NCBI RefSeq assembly: GCF_001017655.1
Contig: NZ_CP010904.1
Coordinates: forward strand, 2,100,001 to 2,132,000
Direction: 5' to 3'
Origin: Kiritimatiella glycovorans
GTDB taxonomy: Bacteria; Verrucomicrobiota; Kiritimatiellia; Kiritimatiellales; Kiritimatiellaceae
Length of the DNA stretch: 32,000 nt
The notes under the pieces were generated by a model. The model saw nothing but the letters and a program-made list of their open reading frames with translations, did not search any database and was not told the DNA's origin. The position numbers and the translations under genes are program-made. Positions 18,806-27,686 of this stretch are shown here, one piece after another; within the stretch, counting starts at the first letter, position 1, and the number at the start of each line of letters is the position of its first letter.

Positions 18806-21800
18806 CACACCCCCTCCAGGGTTCCCTTGAACGTCGCGCGCAGGTCTTCGACGTCGGCGTCCATGACGGCCTCGCCGTCGTGGCCGCGCACCGTGAGCCG
18901 CCCGTGGCCGCGCACCGTGCCGATCCGCGCAAACGGCGTGCCGGCGAACCGATCCTTCAAGGCCTCTTCATCCTCCGGCGCGCAGGTGAGCACAAACCGG
19001 CTGTTGGTCTCCGAGAACAGGCGCACGGCGTCGTCGAGTTCACCTTCTACCGGCAGCGCGCCCAGTTCAAGGTCCGCGCCGCAGGCCCCGCCGAGGCATC
19101 CCATGACCAGCGCGAGCGCGAGCCCCCCCCGGGCCGGCGTGGTCGCGGAACGGAGCAGCCCGGATTCCGCCGCACGGTGAACGGCCTCAAACCGCCTCCA
19201 GGCGGACGCCGGATCCACGCCGGGGGCGCGGCCCCCGCAGGCCAGCGGCGACCCGGCATCGGCGGCCAGCGACCGCGCCCACGCCGAGGCCCCGGTCTCG
19301 TCCATCGTCACGCCGGCGACGAAGATCGCGTCGCCGGCCCGTTTGAACGGGGTGGTCACCGCGGTGCGCACGTCATCGATCTGCCCCAGCGCCGAGATCA
19401 GCAGCGTCGGCGGGATGGAGATTTTGCGGCCGCCACGGGTGGAGTCGTTCTTCATGCTGTCCTTACCCGAGATGAGCGGCGTACCCCACGCGGTGCAGAG
19501 GTCGTAGAGCGCGCGGTTCGAGCGCACGAGCTGCGCCATTTTATAGGCGCCGTCGGGCGTCTTTTCGGATTCGACCGGGTCGGGCCAGCAGAAGTTATCC
19601 AGCAGCGCGATGCGGTCCGGCCGCGCGCCCGCGGCCACCGCCCGGCGCACCGCCTCGTCCACGACGGATACCGTCATCGCATACGTATCGAGATCGGAAA
19701 GCCACGGATGAATGCCCTCGGAGAGGACGATGCCGCGGTCGGAGTCATAGCGCACACGCAGTACGGTGGCATCGGAGGGCGTGTCGGCGCAGACACCCAT
19801 GAACGGCTTGACGACGCTCAGACCCTTCACCTCGCCGTCGTACATGCGCGACTTGTATTCGCGCGAACACTGGTTCAGATCGGCGAGCACGCGCTTCAGG
19901 CGCGGCGTCAGATCGCGTTCCTCGGGCCGCGGCGGCGCGGAGATCTCCGGCGTCGTCCAGCGCGCGGGAATCGTCATGCGCGGGCAGCCCGATTCGTAGA
20001 GAAAATCCATGTCCAGCGACGCCACCGTCTCACCCCGCCACATCACCGTGAAGTAGCCATCGTCCGTGAACGCCCCCATGACGGCCAGCTCGACATCGCG
20101 CCGCCGCGCCAGCTCGAGCAGTTCATCTCTGTGTTCGGGGGACACGGCGAGCGTCATCCGCTCCTGCGCCTCGGAGAGCAGGATCTCCCAGGGCTGCAGT
20201 CCCTCGTACTTGAGCGGGGCGTCGGCCAGCTCGCAGCGGCAGCCGCCGCTGAGCCGACCCATCTCGCCGAACGAACAGCTTATGCCGCCCGCCCCGTTGT
20301 CGGTGATGCAGCGGTACAGTCCGCGATCGCGCGCCTCGAGCAGAAACTCGTACAGCTTGCGCTGCGTAAGCGGGTCGCCGATCTGCACGGCCTGGGCGGG
20401 CGACTCCATCCGCAATTCCTCGGAGGAAAACGTGGCCCCGTGGATCCCGTCCTTGCCGATCCGTCCGCCGCACATCACCACCAGGTCGCCGGGCTCGACC
20501 TCCTTGCGCTCGGCCGGCCCACCGGCGACCTCCACCGGGGTCACGCCCACGGTCCCGCAGTACACGAGCGGCTTGCCGAGATACCGTTCGTCGAAACACT
20601 CGAATCCGCGGCTCCAGGGGATGCCGCTCTGGTTGCCGCCGTCGATCACGCCCTGGTGCACGCCGTCGCGGATGCGGCGCGGGTGCATCAGGCCCTCCGG
20701 AAGCTCGCCGTCAAAGAACGGCGATCCGAGACAATAGCCCCACACGTTGGTCAGCAGCGCACACCCCATCCCGGTACCCATCGGGTCGCGGTTCACGCCC
20801 ACGATCCCGGTCATCGCCCCGCCGTAGGGATCGAGGGCGGAGGGGCTATTGTGCGTCTCCACCTTGTAGGCCACGTGGACCTCGTCGTCGAACCGCACGA
20901 TCCCCGCGTTGTCGGAGAACACCGAGACCAGCCAGTCGGCGCGCTCGGCCACCTTTTCGGTCGCGGCGCGGATGTACGTCTTGAACAGCGAGCGGATGTG
21001 CTCCTCCTCGCCCGTCTCCTCGTCGCGATACTCCACCTCGGCCGCGAAGATCTTATGGAAGCAGTGCTCCGACCAGGTCTGGGCGATGCACTCCAGTTCG
21101 ACGTCGGTCGGCCAGTCGGGGAGGCCGAGTTCACGGCGGTGGGCGCGTACGGGCTCACTGAGGTAGTGGTCGCGCACCGAGCGCATCTCTGCGAGGCTCA
21201 TCGAGAGGATCCCCTCGCGGGAGATCCGCATCAGGTCCTCGTCATCGCCGGACAGATCGAACGTATGGACCTCGAGGGCGGGACGGTCGGTGAAGACCGG
21301 CACCGAGCGGTCGATGTCCGAGTTCACCCATTCCTGCCGGCTGAACACGCGCACGTCCTGGATCAGCGGATTGGCGAGCAGATCGCGGCCGAGATGTTCC
21401 GCGTCGCCGCGTTCGAGCGCCCCCCACAGAAAGACCTGCCGCGAGGTGAACACCTGTTCGCGCCAGTCCAGTTCCCGCTCGATCAGGTCTTCGAGCACGC
21501 AGCGGGCCGTGCGCCCGACGTTGTCGGTCACGCCGGGCTTGTAGCCGATCTCGATCAGCCAGTCGAACCCCTCCGGCGACGGAAGACGGTCGAGCGCCGT
21601 CTCGGCCACCACGGGGTCGCCGAAGGCCGCGCGGACCATCCCGGCGCGATCCGGGTCCAGTTCGGCGCGGATGCGGTAGACCTCCCGGCACCGGCAGCGC
21701 CGCACGTCGAATCCGAACCACTGCCGGGCCTGGGCTGCGATCCCCTGACCCGCCGCGTCCGGAACCTCTTCCCTGAGTCCCGCCTCGATGCGTACCGTCT

Positions 21801-21810
21801 GTTCGGTCAC
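18805..21810 (-). CDS. purL: Phosphoribosylformylglycinamidine synthase subunit PurL with an N-terminal PurS-like extension
   Basis: PurL/AIR-synthase-like motifs are VETHNSPSALDPYGGAMTGIVGVNRD and TDNGAGGISCSFGEM. The start is taken as GTG at 21810, preceded by AGGAG with a 6-nt spacer. The track's ATG at 21978 would overlap the upstream GT gene by 107 nt. Confidence 0.92.
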   Translation of the reverse strand: MTEQTVRIEAGLREEVPDAAGQGIAAQARQWFGFDVRRCRCREVYRIRAELDPDRAGMVRAAFGDPVVAETALDRLPSPEGFDWLIEIGYKPGVTDNVGRTARCVLEDLIERELDWREQVFTSRQVFLWGALERGDAEHLGRDLLANPLIQDVRVFSRQEWVNSDIDRSVPVFTDRPALEVHTFDLSGDDEDLMRISREGILSMSLAEMRSVRDHYLSEPVRAHRRELGLPDWPTDVELECIAQTWSEHCFHKIFAAEVEYRDEETGEEEHIRSLFKTYIRAATEKVAERADWLVSVFSDNAGIVRFDDEVHVAYKVETHNSPSALDPYGGAMTGIVGVNRDPMGTGMGCALLTNVWGYCLGSPFFDGELPEGLMHPRRIRDGVHQGVIDGGNQSGIPWSRGFECFDERYLGKPLVYCGTVGVTPVEVAGGPAERKEVEPGDLVVMCGGRIGKDGIHGATFSSEELRMESPAQAVQIGDPLTQRKLYEFLLEARDRGLYRCITDNGAGGISCSFGEMGRLSGGCRCELADAPLKYEGLQPWEILLSEAQERMTLAVSPEHRDELLELARRRDVELAVMGAFTDDGYFTVMWRGETVASLDMDFLYESGCPRMTIPARWTTPEISAPPRPEERDLTPRLKRVLADLNQCSREYKSRMYDGEVKGLSVVKPFMGVCADTPSDATVLRVRYDSDRGIVLSEGIHPWLSDLDTYAMTVSVVDEAVRRAVAAGARPDRIALLDNFCWPDPVESEKTPDGAYKMAQLVRSNRALYDLCTAWGTPLISGKDSMKNDSTRGGRKISIPPTLLISALGQIDDVRTAVTTPFKRAGDAIFVAGVTMDETGASAWARSLAADAGSPLACGGRAPGVDPASAWRRFEAVHRAAESGLLRSATTPARGGLALALVMGCLGGACGADLELGALPVEGELDDAVRLFSETNSRFVLTCAPEDEEALKDRFAGTPFARIGTVRGHGRLTVRGHDGEAVMDADVEDLRATFKGTLEGV

Positions 21811-21871
21811 GTCCTGCTCCTGTCGCCAAAACGTACAGAATATCCGCGATGCCGGACGGGGCCAAGACGAT

Positions 21872-23365
21872 TCACTCCGCTTCCCCGGCCACCAGGAGTT
21901 CGACCCGGTGAAATCCGCGTCCCGCCGGCTCGAGTCCGCCGTAGATCTCTCCGAACAGGCGACGGTAGTCGTCCTCATGCCCGCGCGGGTGGCTGATCAT
22001 GAGCACCACGCTATCCGCCTGACGCAGGTCCGGGCAGGCCTCGAACAGTGACTCGCGTGCATCGATGCGGCGGTCGGGCAGTCCGGTAAGTTCGAGTTCC
22101 GGTGCGTAGAATCCGAGCGGAAGCGTCATGTAATCGCAGTAGACGGCCACGGCGTCGGGATCGATCGCGCGCAGTTCCGCCGCCACGGCGCGCCAGTCGG
22201 GTTGCGCCCGCGCCTCCGCGCGCGCGACGCGCACGAGGCCCGCCGTATTGACCGCCAGGAACAGGGCCGCGGCCGCGAAGATCAGGGGACGCGCCCTTCC
22301 CCGCGCCAGCGTCAGTCCCGCGGCCAGCGGGACGAACAGCGCCGGAGCGCCGGCGGCGACGTAGCGGGTGTCGTCGTAGAGCCCTTCCATCCGGAAGGAG
22401 GCCAGCCAGACGAGCACGAGCGGCGCGGCCAGCAGCACGGCCGCGCAGACGACGGGCGCGGCGGCGGCGCGTTCGCCGCGCCGCCGCCACAGCACACCCA
22501 GCGCCGCGAGGGGAAAGAGCGCCAGCAGCAGCCCCGGGATTGCGGCGCGGAGCGCCTCCGCGCGCCCCGCGAGTTCGACCAGCCCGTGTCCCCCCGCAAA
22601 AGCGAAGAACGTGAAGGGGATAACAAGTCCCGTGGAGGGGTACCAGGCGCTCCCCCCGCCCTTCGCCGCCGCCTGCAGCAGGAAGCCGGTCAGCCAGTAG
22701 GCGTACAGTCCGGCGAGCACCAGCCCCGCCGCGCCCCAGCGCGGCCAGGCGCGGGGGCGAAAGGCCGCCAGACACGCCCACGCACAGGCGGCGTAGACGA
22801 TCCCGAGGTAATGACTCGCCATCGTGAACCACCCCGCGAGCACGAGCCCGGTCAACGCCCCGGCGCGTGGACGGTCGTCGCGCAGGCACCTGAACAGAAA
22901 GAAGAGGAGCCAAGCCCCGCCGCACTCCAGCAGGGCGTACATGCGTGCCTCGCGGGCCAGCAGCACGGAGTATACGCTCAGCGCGGCCAGCAGCCCCGCT
23001 GCCAAACCGGCCCGCCGGCCCGCCCACGCGCGGGCGGCGGCCATCACCCCCGCCACCCCGGCCAGGCTGACGAGCACCGTCATCGCACGCAACGCCGTCT
23101 CCCGCGTGGCGCCCGACGATTCGAGCAGGGCGTATCCGCTGCGCAGCCACCCCCAGGTCATCGTGTAAAACAGCGTGGGGTGCGGCTCGCTGCGGTTGAC
23201 CTCGGAGAGCGGATCGAACACCTGCCGCAGGGAGGCGCGCTCCGCGAAGCGGAATGAATAGGCCTCGTCGAGATTGAACGTCCGCGCAGGCAGATTCCAC
23301 AGGCGCGGGAGCAGCGCCAGCAGCAGACAGAGTATCCATCCCGCGATCTCGACGCGTCGGCTCAT
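21872..23365 (-). CDS. Integral-membrane glycosyltransferase, family 39 / ArnT-PMT-like
   Basis: About 10 or more hydrophobic segments are present. The N-terminal loop NLDEAYSFRFA...SEPHPTLFYTMTWGW is typical of ArnT-like enzymes. GGGAGGG lies 5 nt upstream of the ATG. Confidence 0.8.
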   Translation of the reverse strand: MSRRVEIAGWILCLLLALLPRLWNLPARTFNLDEAYSFRFAERASLRQVFDPLSEVNRSEPHPTLFYTMTWGWLRSGYALLESSGATRETALRAMTVLVSLAGVAGVMAAARAWAGRRAGLAAGLLAALSVYSVLLAREARMYALLECGGAWLLFFLFRCLRDDRPRAGALTGLVLAGWFTMASHYLGIVYAACAWACLAAFRPRAWPRWGAAGLVLAGLYAYWLTGFLLQAAAKGGGSAWYPSTGLVIPFTFFAFAGGHGLVELAGRAEALRAAIPGLLLALFPLAALGVLWRRRGERAAAAPVVCAAVLLAAPLVLVWLASFRMEGLYDDTRYVAAGAPALFVPLAAGLTLARGRARPLIFAAAALFLAVNTAGLVRVARAEARAQPDWRAVAAELRAIDPDAVAVYCDYMTLPLGFYAPELELTGLPDRRIDARESLFEACPDLRQADSVVLMISHPRGHEDDYRRLFGEIYGGLEPAGRGFHRVELLVAGEAE

Positions 23366-23521
23366 GCAGTCCCTCCCGGTTCGCGGCCGATCCTAGCCTC
23401 CTTCAGAAGGCCAGACAAGTCCGACGGGGCTGTCGGAATACCCTTCTTTCTAAGAATCGCCTCTTTCCATTGCGCTGCGCGGTGAGCCGGGTACACTCAC
23501 CTCACCGGAAGGAGCGATTAT

Positions 23522-24763
23522 TTGAACGCAGACGTCATGCGCCGGATCGACCGGCTGGCGGGGGTGCCGCTGTGCTTTGCGGCGACGCTGCTCCGCGGAC
23601 TTCGGCACCTCGTCGCGCCGCGGCGCGACCGCCGCCCCGAACGCACACTCTTCATCCTGCTCTCCGAGATGGGCAGCGCGATCATCGCCGATCGGGCCAT
23701 GCGGCGGGCGCGCGACGAACTGAATTCGGAACTCTACTTCGTCGCGTTCAAAAGCACCGCGGGAACGCTCCGGCTCCTGAATACCGTGCCCGCCGATCAT
23801 GTGTTCACGATCCGCGACGACCGCCTGGGAGCGCTGCTGGCGGATGCGCTGCGCTTTCCCGCATGGGCGCGGAGGATGAAAATCGACGCGGCGGTCGATC
23901 TGGAACTCTTCGCCCGCGCCTCGATGCTTCTGAGCTGGCTGAGCGGGGCCGTACGGCGTGCGGGCTTCGACGCCTTCCACCAGGAGGGGCTCTATCGCGG
24001 CCGCCTGCTCACGCACCGCGTGATGTACAGTCCGCACCAGCACGTGGCGAAAAACTACCTGGCGCTTGTAAAGGCGCTGGAAGAAAAACCCGGCACTCAG
24101 CGCCCTTTTACCAAGCGCGTCGTGAGCGACGACGAAATCCGGCCCGTGAAACGGCCGGTCACGGAGGCGGAGCGCGAGGGGGTGCTGAACAAGATTCGCG
24201 CGGCGACACCCGGCTTCGACCCTGCGCGCCATCGACTCGTGCTCTTCAATGCCAACTGCAGCGACCTCGTCCCGCAGCGGAACTGGATGCCGGATCGGTT
24301 CGCGGAGACGGCGCGGCGGGTCGTCGAATCCTTTCCGGACGTGTTCATCCTCTGCACCGGCGCCCCGGCGGAACGGGAGGGGGTCGATTTTGTTCCGCGC
24401 GAAGTCGCCAGCCCCCGCTGCATTAATTTCGCGGGGGCCGTGGACTTCGAAGAGCTTCCCGTACTCTATTCGCTGTCAGAGCTGATGCTGACCAACGATT
24501 CCGGTCCCGCGCATTTCGCCTCGATCACCGACATGCCCGTCTACGTCCTGTTCGGACCCGAGACCCCGAACCTGTACGGCCCGCTCGGTAAGGGCGAGGT
24601 CTTCTACTCCGGCCTCGCCTGCTCGCCCTGCCTGAGCGCCTACAATCACCGCAAGAGTCCCTGCCGCGACAACGTCTGCCTCAAGGCCCTCACGGTCGAC
24701 CGCGTCTTCGCGCGACTCAGGGAAGCCCTGGACGCCGGCCCGCGCAGCGGAAAAAGTTCGTAG
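23522..24763 (+). CDS. Glycosyltransferase family 9 (ADP-heptose:LPS heptosyltransferase-like)
   Basis: The GT9 C-terminal motif is LMLTNDSGPAHFASITDMPVYVLFGPETP. TTG at 23522 lies 7 nt after GGAAGGAG; ATG at 23537 is the alternative. The last 8 codons and the TAG stop lie inside the REP-like repeat. Confidence 0.88.
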   Translation: MNADVMRRIDRLAGVPLCFAATLLRGLRHLVAPRRDRRPERTLFILLSEMGSAIIADRAMRRARDELNSELYFVAFKSTAGTLRLLNTVPADHVFTIRDDRLGALLADALRFPAWARRMKIDAAVDLELFARASMLLSWLSGAVRRAGFDAFHQEGLYRGRLLTHRVMYSPHQHVAKNYLALVKALEEKPGTQRPFTKRVVSDDEIRPVKRPVTEAEREGVLNKIRAATPGFDPARHRLVLFNANCSDLVPQRNWMPDRFAETARRVVESFPDVFILCTGAPAEREGVDFVPREVASPRCINFAGAVDFEELPVLYSLSELMLTNDSGPAHFASITDMPVYVLFGPETPNLYGPLGKGEVFYSGLACSPCLSAYNHRKSPCRDNVCLKALTVDRVFARLREALDAGPRSGKSS

Positions 24764-24839
24764 TAGGCCCGCAGGCCTGCGAAGCAGGGCCAGGGCCGTT
24801 ATCTTCACGCGCCTGGCCTGCCGGAGGCAGGCGTGCGGC
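24756..24839 (+). repeat. REP/REPIN-like element, copy 3; right terminus truncated
   Basis: GTTCGTAGTAGGCCCGCAGGCCTGCGAAGCAGGGCCAGGGCCGTTATCTTCACGCGCCTGGCCTGCCGGAGGCAGGCGTGCGGC is near-identical to 2458-2543. It lacks the CTACTACGAAC end. It sits between the convergent GT9 and purH genes, so it may also act as a terminator. Confidence 0.8.
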
Positions 24840-24876
24840 AACCAACCTTCATGGTCTATCCCCACCCGAAGCCGGT

Positions 24877-26496
24877 TCAGTGCCGGAAGTGACGCATGCC
24901 GGTGAAGGCCATCGCCACGCCGCGCTCGTCACACGCGGCAATTACCTCTTCGTCGCGTTTCGATCCGCCCGGTTCGATCACGTAACGCACTCCGGCCTCC
25001 GCGGCCTCTACGACGGTGTCCGGGAAGGGGAAGAAGGCGTCGGAGATCATCACGCATTCGCTTAACGCCGATTCGAGATCCTCCTCCGTCATGTCCGGAC
25101 TTTCGAGCAGCAGGTTTTCGCGGGCCTTCGTCAGCGCCAGCTTGCGCAGGGCGTCCACGCGATTCGGCTGACCCGCGCCCATGCCGAGGACGCGGAAGTC
25201 GCCTTCCCCGCGGCCCTGGACGAGGACGATCGCGTTTGATTTGACGTGCTTGCAGGCGCACAGGCCGAATTCCGCCAGGTCGCGCATCGGGGGCGGGAAT
25301 TCCTTTTGCGTCACACTGCGCCACTGATCGACCAGTCCGAGGTCGACATCCTGGAGCAGCACTCCTCCGTTGACCTGCTTGACCATGGTTCGCGGCGCCG
25401 GACCCGTCATCGGTTTCGTCAACCGGATCAGACGGATGTTTTTGCTCTTGTTCCGGAGGTATTCCAGCGCGTCCGCCTCGAAGTCCGGGGCGATCAGCGC
25501 CTCCACGAAGCGTCCCTGCAAAAGTTCGGCCGTGGCGAGATCGACCGTTTCCGTGACGGCGATCACGCTTCCGAACGCCGAGACGGGGTCGCCCGACCAG
25601 GCCGACTCGAAGGCGCGGTGGAGGGTCGGGGCGGTGGCATACCCGCAGGGATTGGTATGCTTGATCACCGCTACGGCGGGGCGTCCCGCCAGTTCCTTGA
25701 CCGCCTCAAGCGCGGCGTCGCCGTCCACGTAATTGTTGTAGGACATCGCCTTACCGTGGAGGACCTCGGCGTGGGCGATCGAACCGTCCGGGGCGGACGG
25801 GTCGCGGTACAGCCAGGCGCGCTGGTGGGCGTTCTCGCCGTACCGCAGGCGTTCGCCGGCGGGCCAGGCGCGGGCGTACGGTCCCCCGCTCGCACCCTCG
25901 GGATCGAGACGATCCGAGAGCCAGGAGGCGATGGCCGCGTTGTACTGCGCCATGCGCGCAAACACCTTGCGGCCCAGTTCGAGGCGCAGGGACTCCGTCG
26001 TCGCCCCGTCGTGCTCGCGCATCGATTCGAGCACCCGGCCGTAATCGCCGGGTTCGGTGATGACGGTGACGTACTTCATATTCTTCGCCGCCGAGCGGAT
26101 CATGGTCGGCCCGCCGATATCGATCTGCTCGATCGCCTCGTCGAAATCGACGTCCTCCTTCTCGACGGTCGACTCGAACGGGTAGAGATTCACACAGACC
26201 AGATCGATCGACTTCATCCCCTGCGCCTTCATCGTGTCGGTGTGGTCGGCGTTGTCGCGCACATAGAGCAGTCCGGCGTGCACCTGCGGGACGAGCGTCT
26301 TGACGCGCCCGTCGAGGATTTCCGGAAAGTGGCTCAGTTCGGATATGTCGTGGACCTCCAGTCCGGCCTCACGCAGCACGCGCGAGGTCCCTCCCGTGGA
26401 ATAGAGTTCCACCTCCATCTCCGCCAGTCCGCGGGCGAATTCCACCACGCCCGCCTTATCCGACACACTGATGATCGCTCGCTGAATCCGGTTCAT
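24877..26496 (-). CDS. purH: Bifunctional AICAR transformylase / IMP cyclohydrolase
   Basis: The MGS-like N-domain is RAIISVSDKAGVVEFARGL...STGGT. The C-terminus AFTGMRHFRH is canonical PurH. ATG at 26496 is preceded by GAGGTGG; the track start at 26526 adds 10 unsupported residues. Confidence 0.95.
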   Translation of the reverse strand: MNRIQRAIISVSDKAGVVEFARGLAEMEVELYSTGGTSRVLREAGLEVHDISELSHFPEILDGRVKTLVPQVHAGLLYVRDNADHTDTMKAQGMKSIDLVCVNLYPFESTVEKEDVDFDEAIEQIDIGGPTMIRSAAKNMKYVTVITEPGDYGRVLESMREHDGATTESLRLELGRKVFARMAQYNAAIASWLSDRLDPEGASGGPYARAWPAGERLRYGENAHQRAWLYRDPSAPDGSIAHAEVLHGKAMSYNNYVDGDAALEAVKELAGRPAVAVIKHTNPCGYATAPTLHRAFESAWSGDPVSAFGSVIAVTETVDLATAELLQGRFVEALIAPDFEADALEYLRNKSKNIRLIRLTKPMTGPAPRTMVKQVNGGVLLQDVDLGLVDQWRSVTQKEFPPPMRDLAEFGLCACKHVKSNAIVLVQGRGEGDFRVLGMGAGQPNRVDALRKLALTKARENLLLESPDMTEEDLESALSECVMISDAFFPFPDTVVEAAEAGVRYVIEPGGSKRDEEVIAACDERGVAMAFTGMRHFRH

Positions 26497-26652
26497 CGCC
26501 CCACCTCGCTCTTTTTCGTTGCGCACGGACTCTTGATAGCGTCCCCGGCGGCGCGATGCACGTAAAAAGAAGAACCGAGTTCAAACGACGAAGATTCTTG
26601 ATCTCTCAATAGCTTTCCCGTCATCGTGGACCCCGCAGGAGGAGCAGGAGAT

Positions 26653-27609
26653 ATGAAGACGCTACTGATGACGCTGACCGCCGCGGGCCTTCTCATCGGC
26701 ACCGGGACAGCCGGGTCCACGCTCGACGGATCCCCCTGGAGCTGGGACAAGGACCCCGGGAAGAGCCTGACGCTGACGGGCCCGTCCGGGGTCGTCTGCC
26801 GACTGAACTTCGATGCGGACGAACCGAAACCCTGGATTCATCCGCTCAATACGACCGACGGGCGTACCCTGACGTGGCTCAGCCCGCCGGACCACCCCTG
26901 GCACTGGGGCCTGTGGTTCTCGTGGAAGTACATCAATCACGTCAATTTCTGGGAAATGAACCGCAAGACGGGAAGGATCGCGGGCCGGACGACGATCCGC
27001 AACGCGGAGATCGTGCAGGCCGACCGGGAGGCGGGCGTGGTGCGCATGACGCTCGAGTACGCGCCGCGCGACCGCGAGGGCGAGCCCTGGATGCGCGAGA
27101 CGCGCACGATCCGCATCGGCACGCCGCGGCCGGACGGGAGCTACCGGATCGACTGGGCGATGCGGTGCACCGCCCTGAGCGATCTCGAACTCGGGCGCAA
27201 CCCGAAACCGAGACGCGGATACGGGGGCTTTTCCTTTCGCGGCGCGAAAGGGTTCTTCCCGGTCACGATGCGCGGCGCCGGAGGCCGGCCCGGGAATGAC
27301 CTCTTCGGCCAGCGCGCGCCGTGGGCCTCCGCGTCGGGTCCGGTCGACGGCAAAACCGCCGCCGTGGCGATCTTCGACCACCCCTCCAATCCGGACCACC
27401 CCGCGCACTGGTTCGTGAGAAGCCGCAAGATAGGCGACGGACAACCGTACACGTTTCTCAACCCCGCCCTGCTCTACGAGGAGGACCGCACGCTGCAAGC
27501 GGGCGAGACCATGGACCTGATCTACGGCGTACTCGTGGTTCCGCACGAAGCGGAGGACGAGGTGCTCGAGGCCGAATTCGTGCGCTTCGGCCGGGAAACA
27601 GAACCGTAG
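26653..27609 (+). CDS. DUF6807 / 'PmoA-family' protein, paralog 1, with signal peptide
   Basis: GGAGCAGGAG lies upstream of the ATG. Signal peptide is MKTLLMTLTAAGLLIGTGTAG. The core KPWIHPLNT...DHPWHWGLWFSWKYINHVNFWE matches my memory of the DUF6807 signature (KPY.HPL...DH.HHRG.WF.W..VNG.DFW). Confidence 0.8.
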   Translation: MKTLLMTLTAAGLLIGTGTAGSTLDGSPWSWDKDPGKSLTLTGPSGVVCRLNFDADEPKPWIHPLNTTDGRTLTWLSPPDHPWHWGLWFSWKYINHVNFWEMNRKTGRIAGRTTIRNAEIVQADREAGVVRMTLEYAPRDREGEPWMRETRTIRIGTPRPDGSYRIDWAMRCTALSDLELGRNPKPRRGYGGFSFRGAKGFFPVTMRGAGGRPGNDLFGQRAPWASASGPVDGKTAAVAIFDHPSNPDHPAHWFVRSRKIGDGQPYTFLNPALLYEEDRTLQAGETMDLIYGVLVVPHEAEDEVLEAEFVRFGRETEP

Positions 27610-27686
27610 ACCTGATGGAGGACACGAAATCCCCGCACCCCTGACGCCGCGCCCCTCCGCCGGACCCGCGGCCGGGGCGGCGCCCG

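Noticed and set aside
18880-21996. 1038-aa ORF on the plus strand, nearly as long as purL
   Set aside because: It is exactly antisense to purL. Its translation is Arg/Ala/Gly/Pro-rich low-complexity sequence with no recognisable motif, whereas the minus-strand frame carries unmistakable PurL motifs. This is a classic high-GC shadow ORF.
22011-23339. 442-aa minus-strand ORF inside the GT39 gene, in a different frame
   Set aside because: The 21872-23365 frame gives a coherent multi-pass membrane protein with ArnT-like motifs and a good RBS. The alternative frame gives Arg/Gly/Ala-rich sequence.
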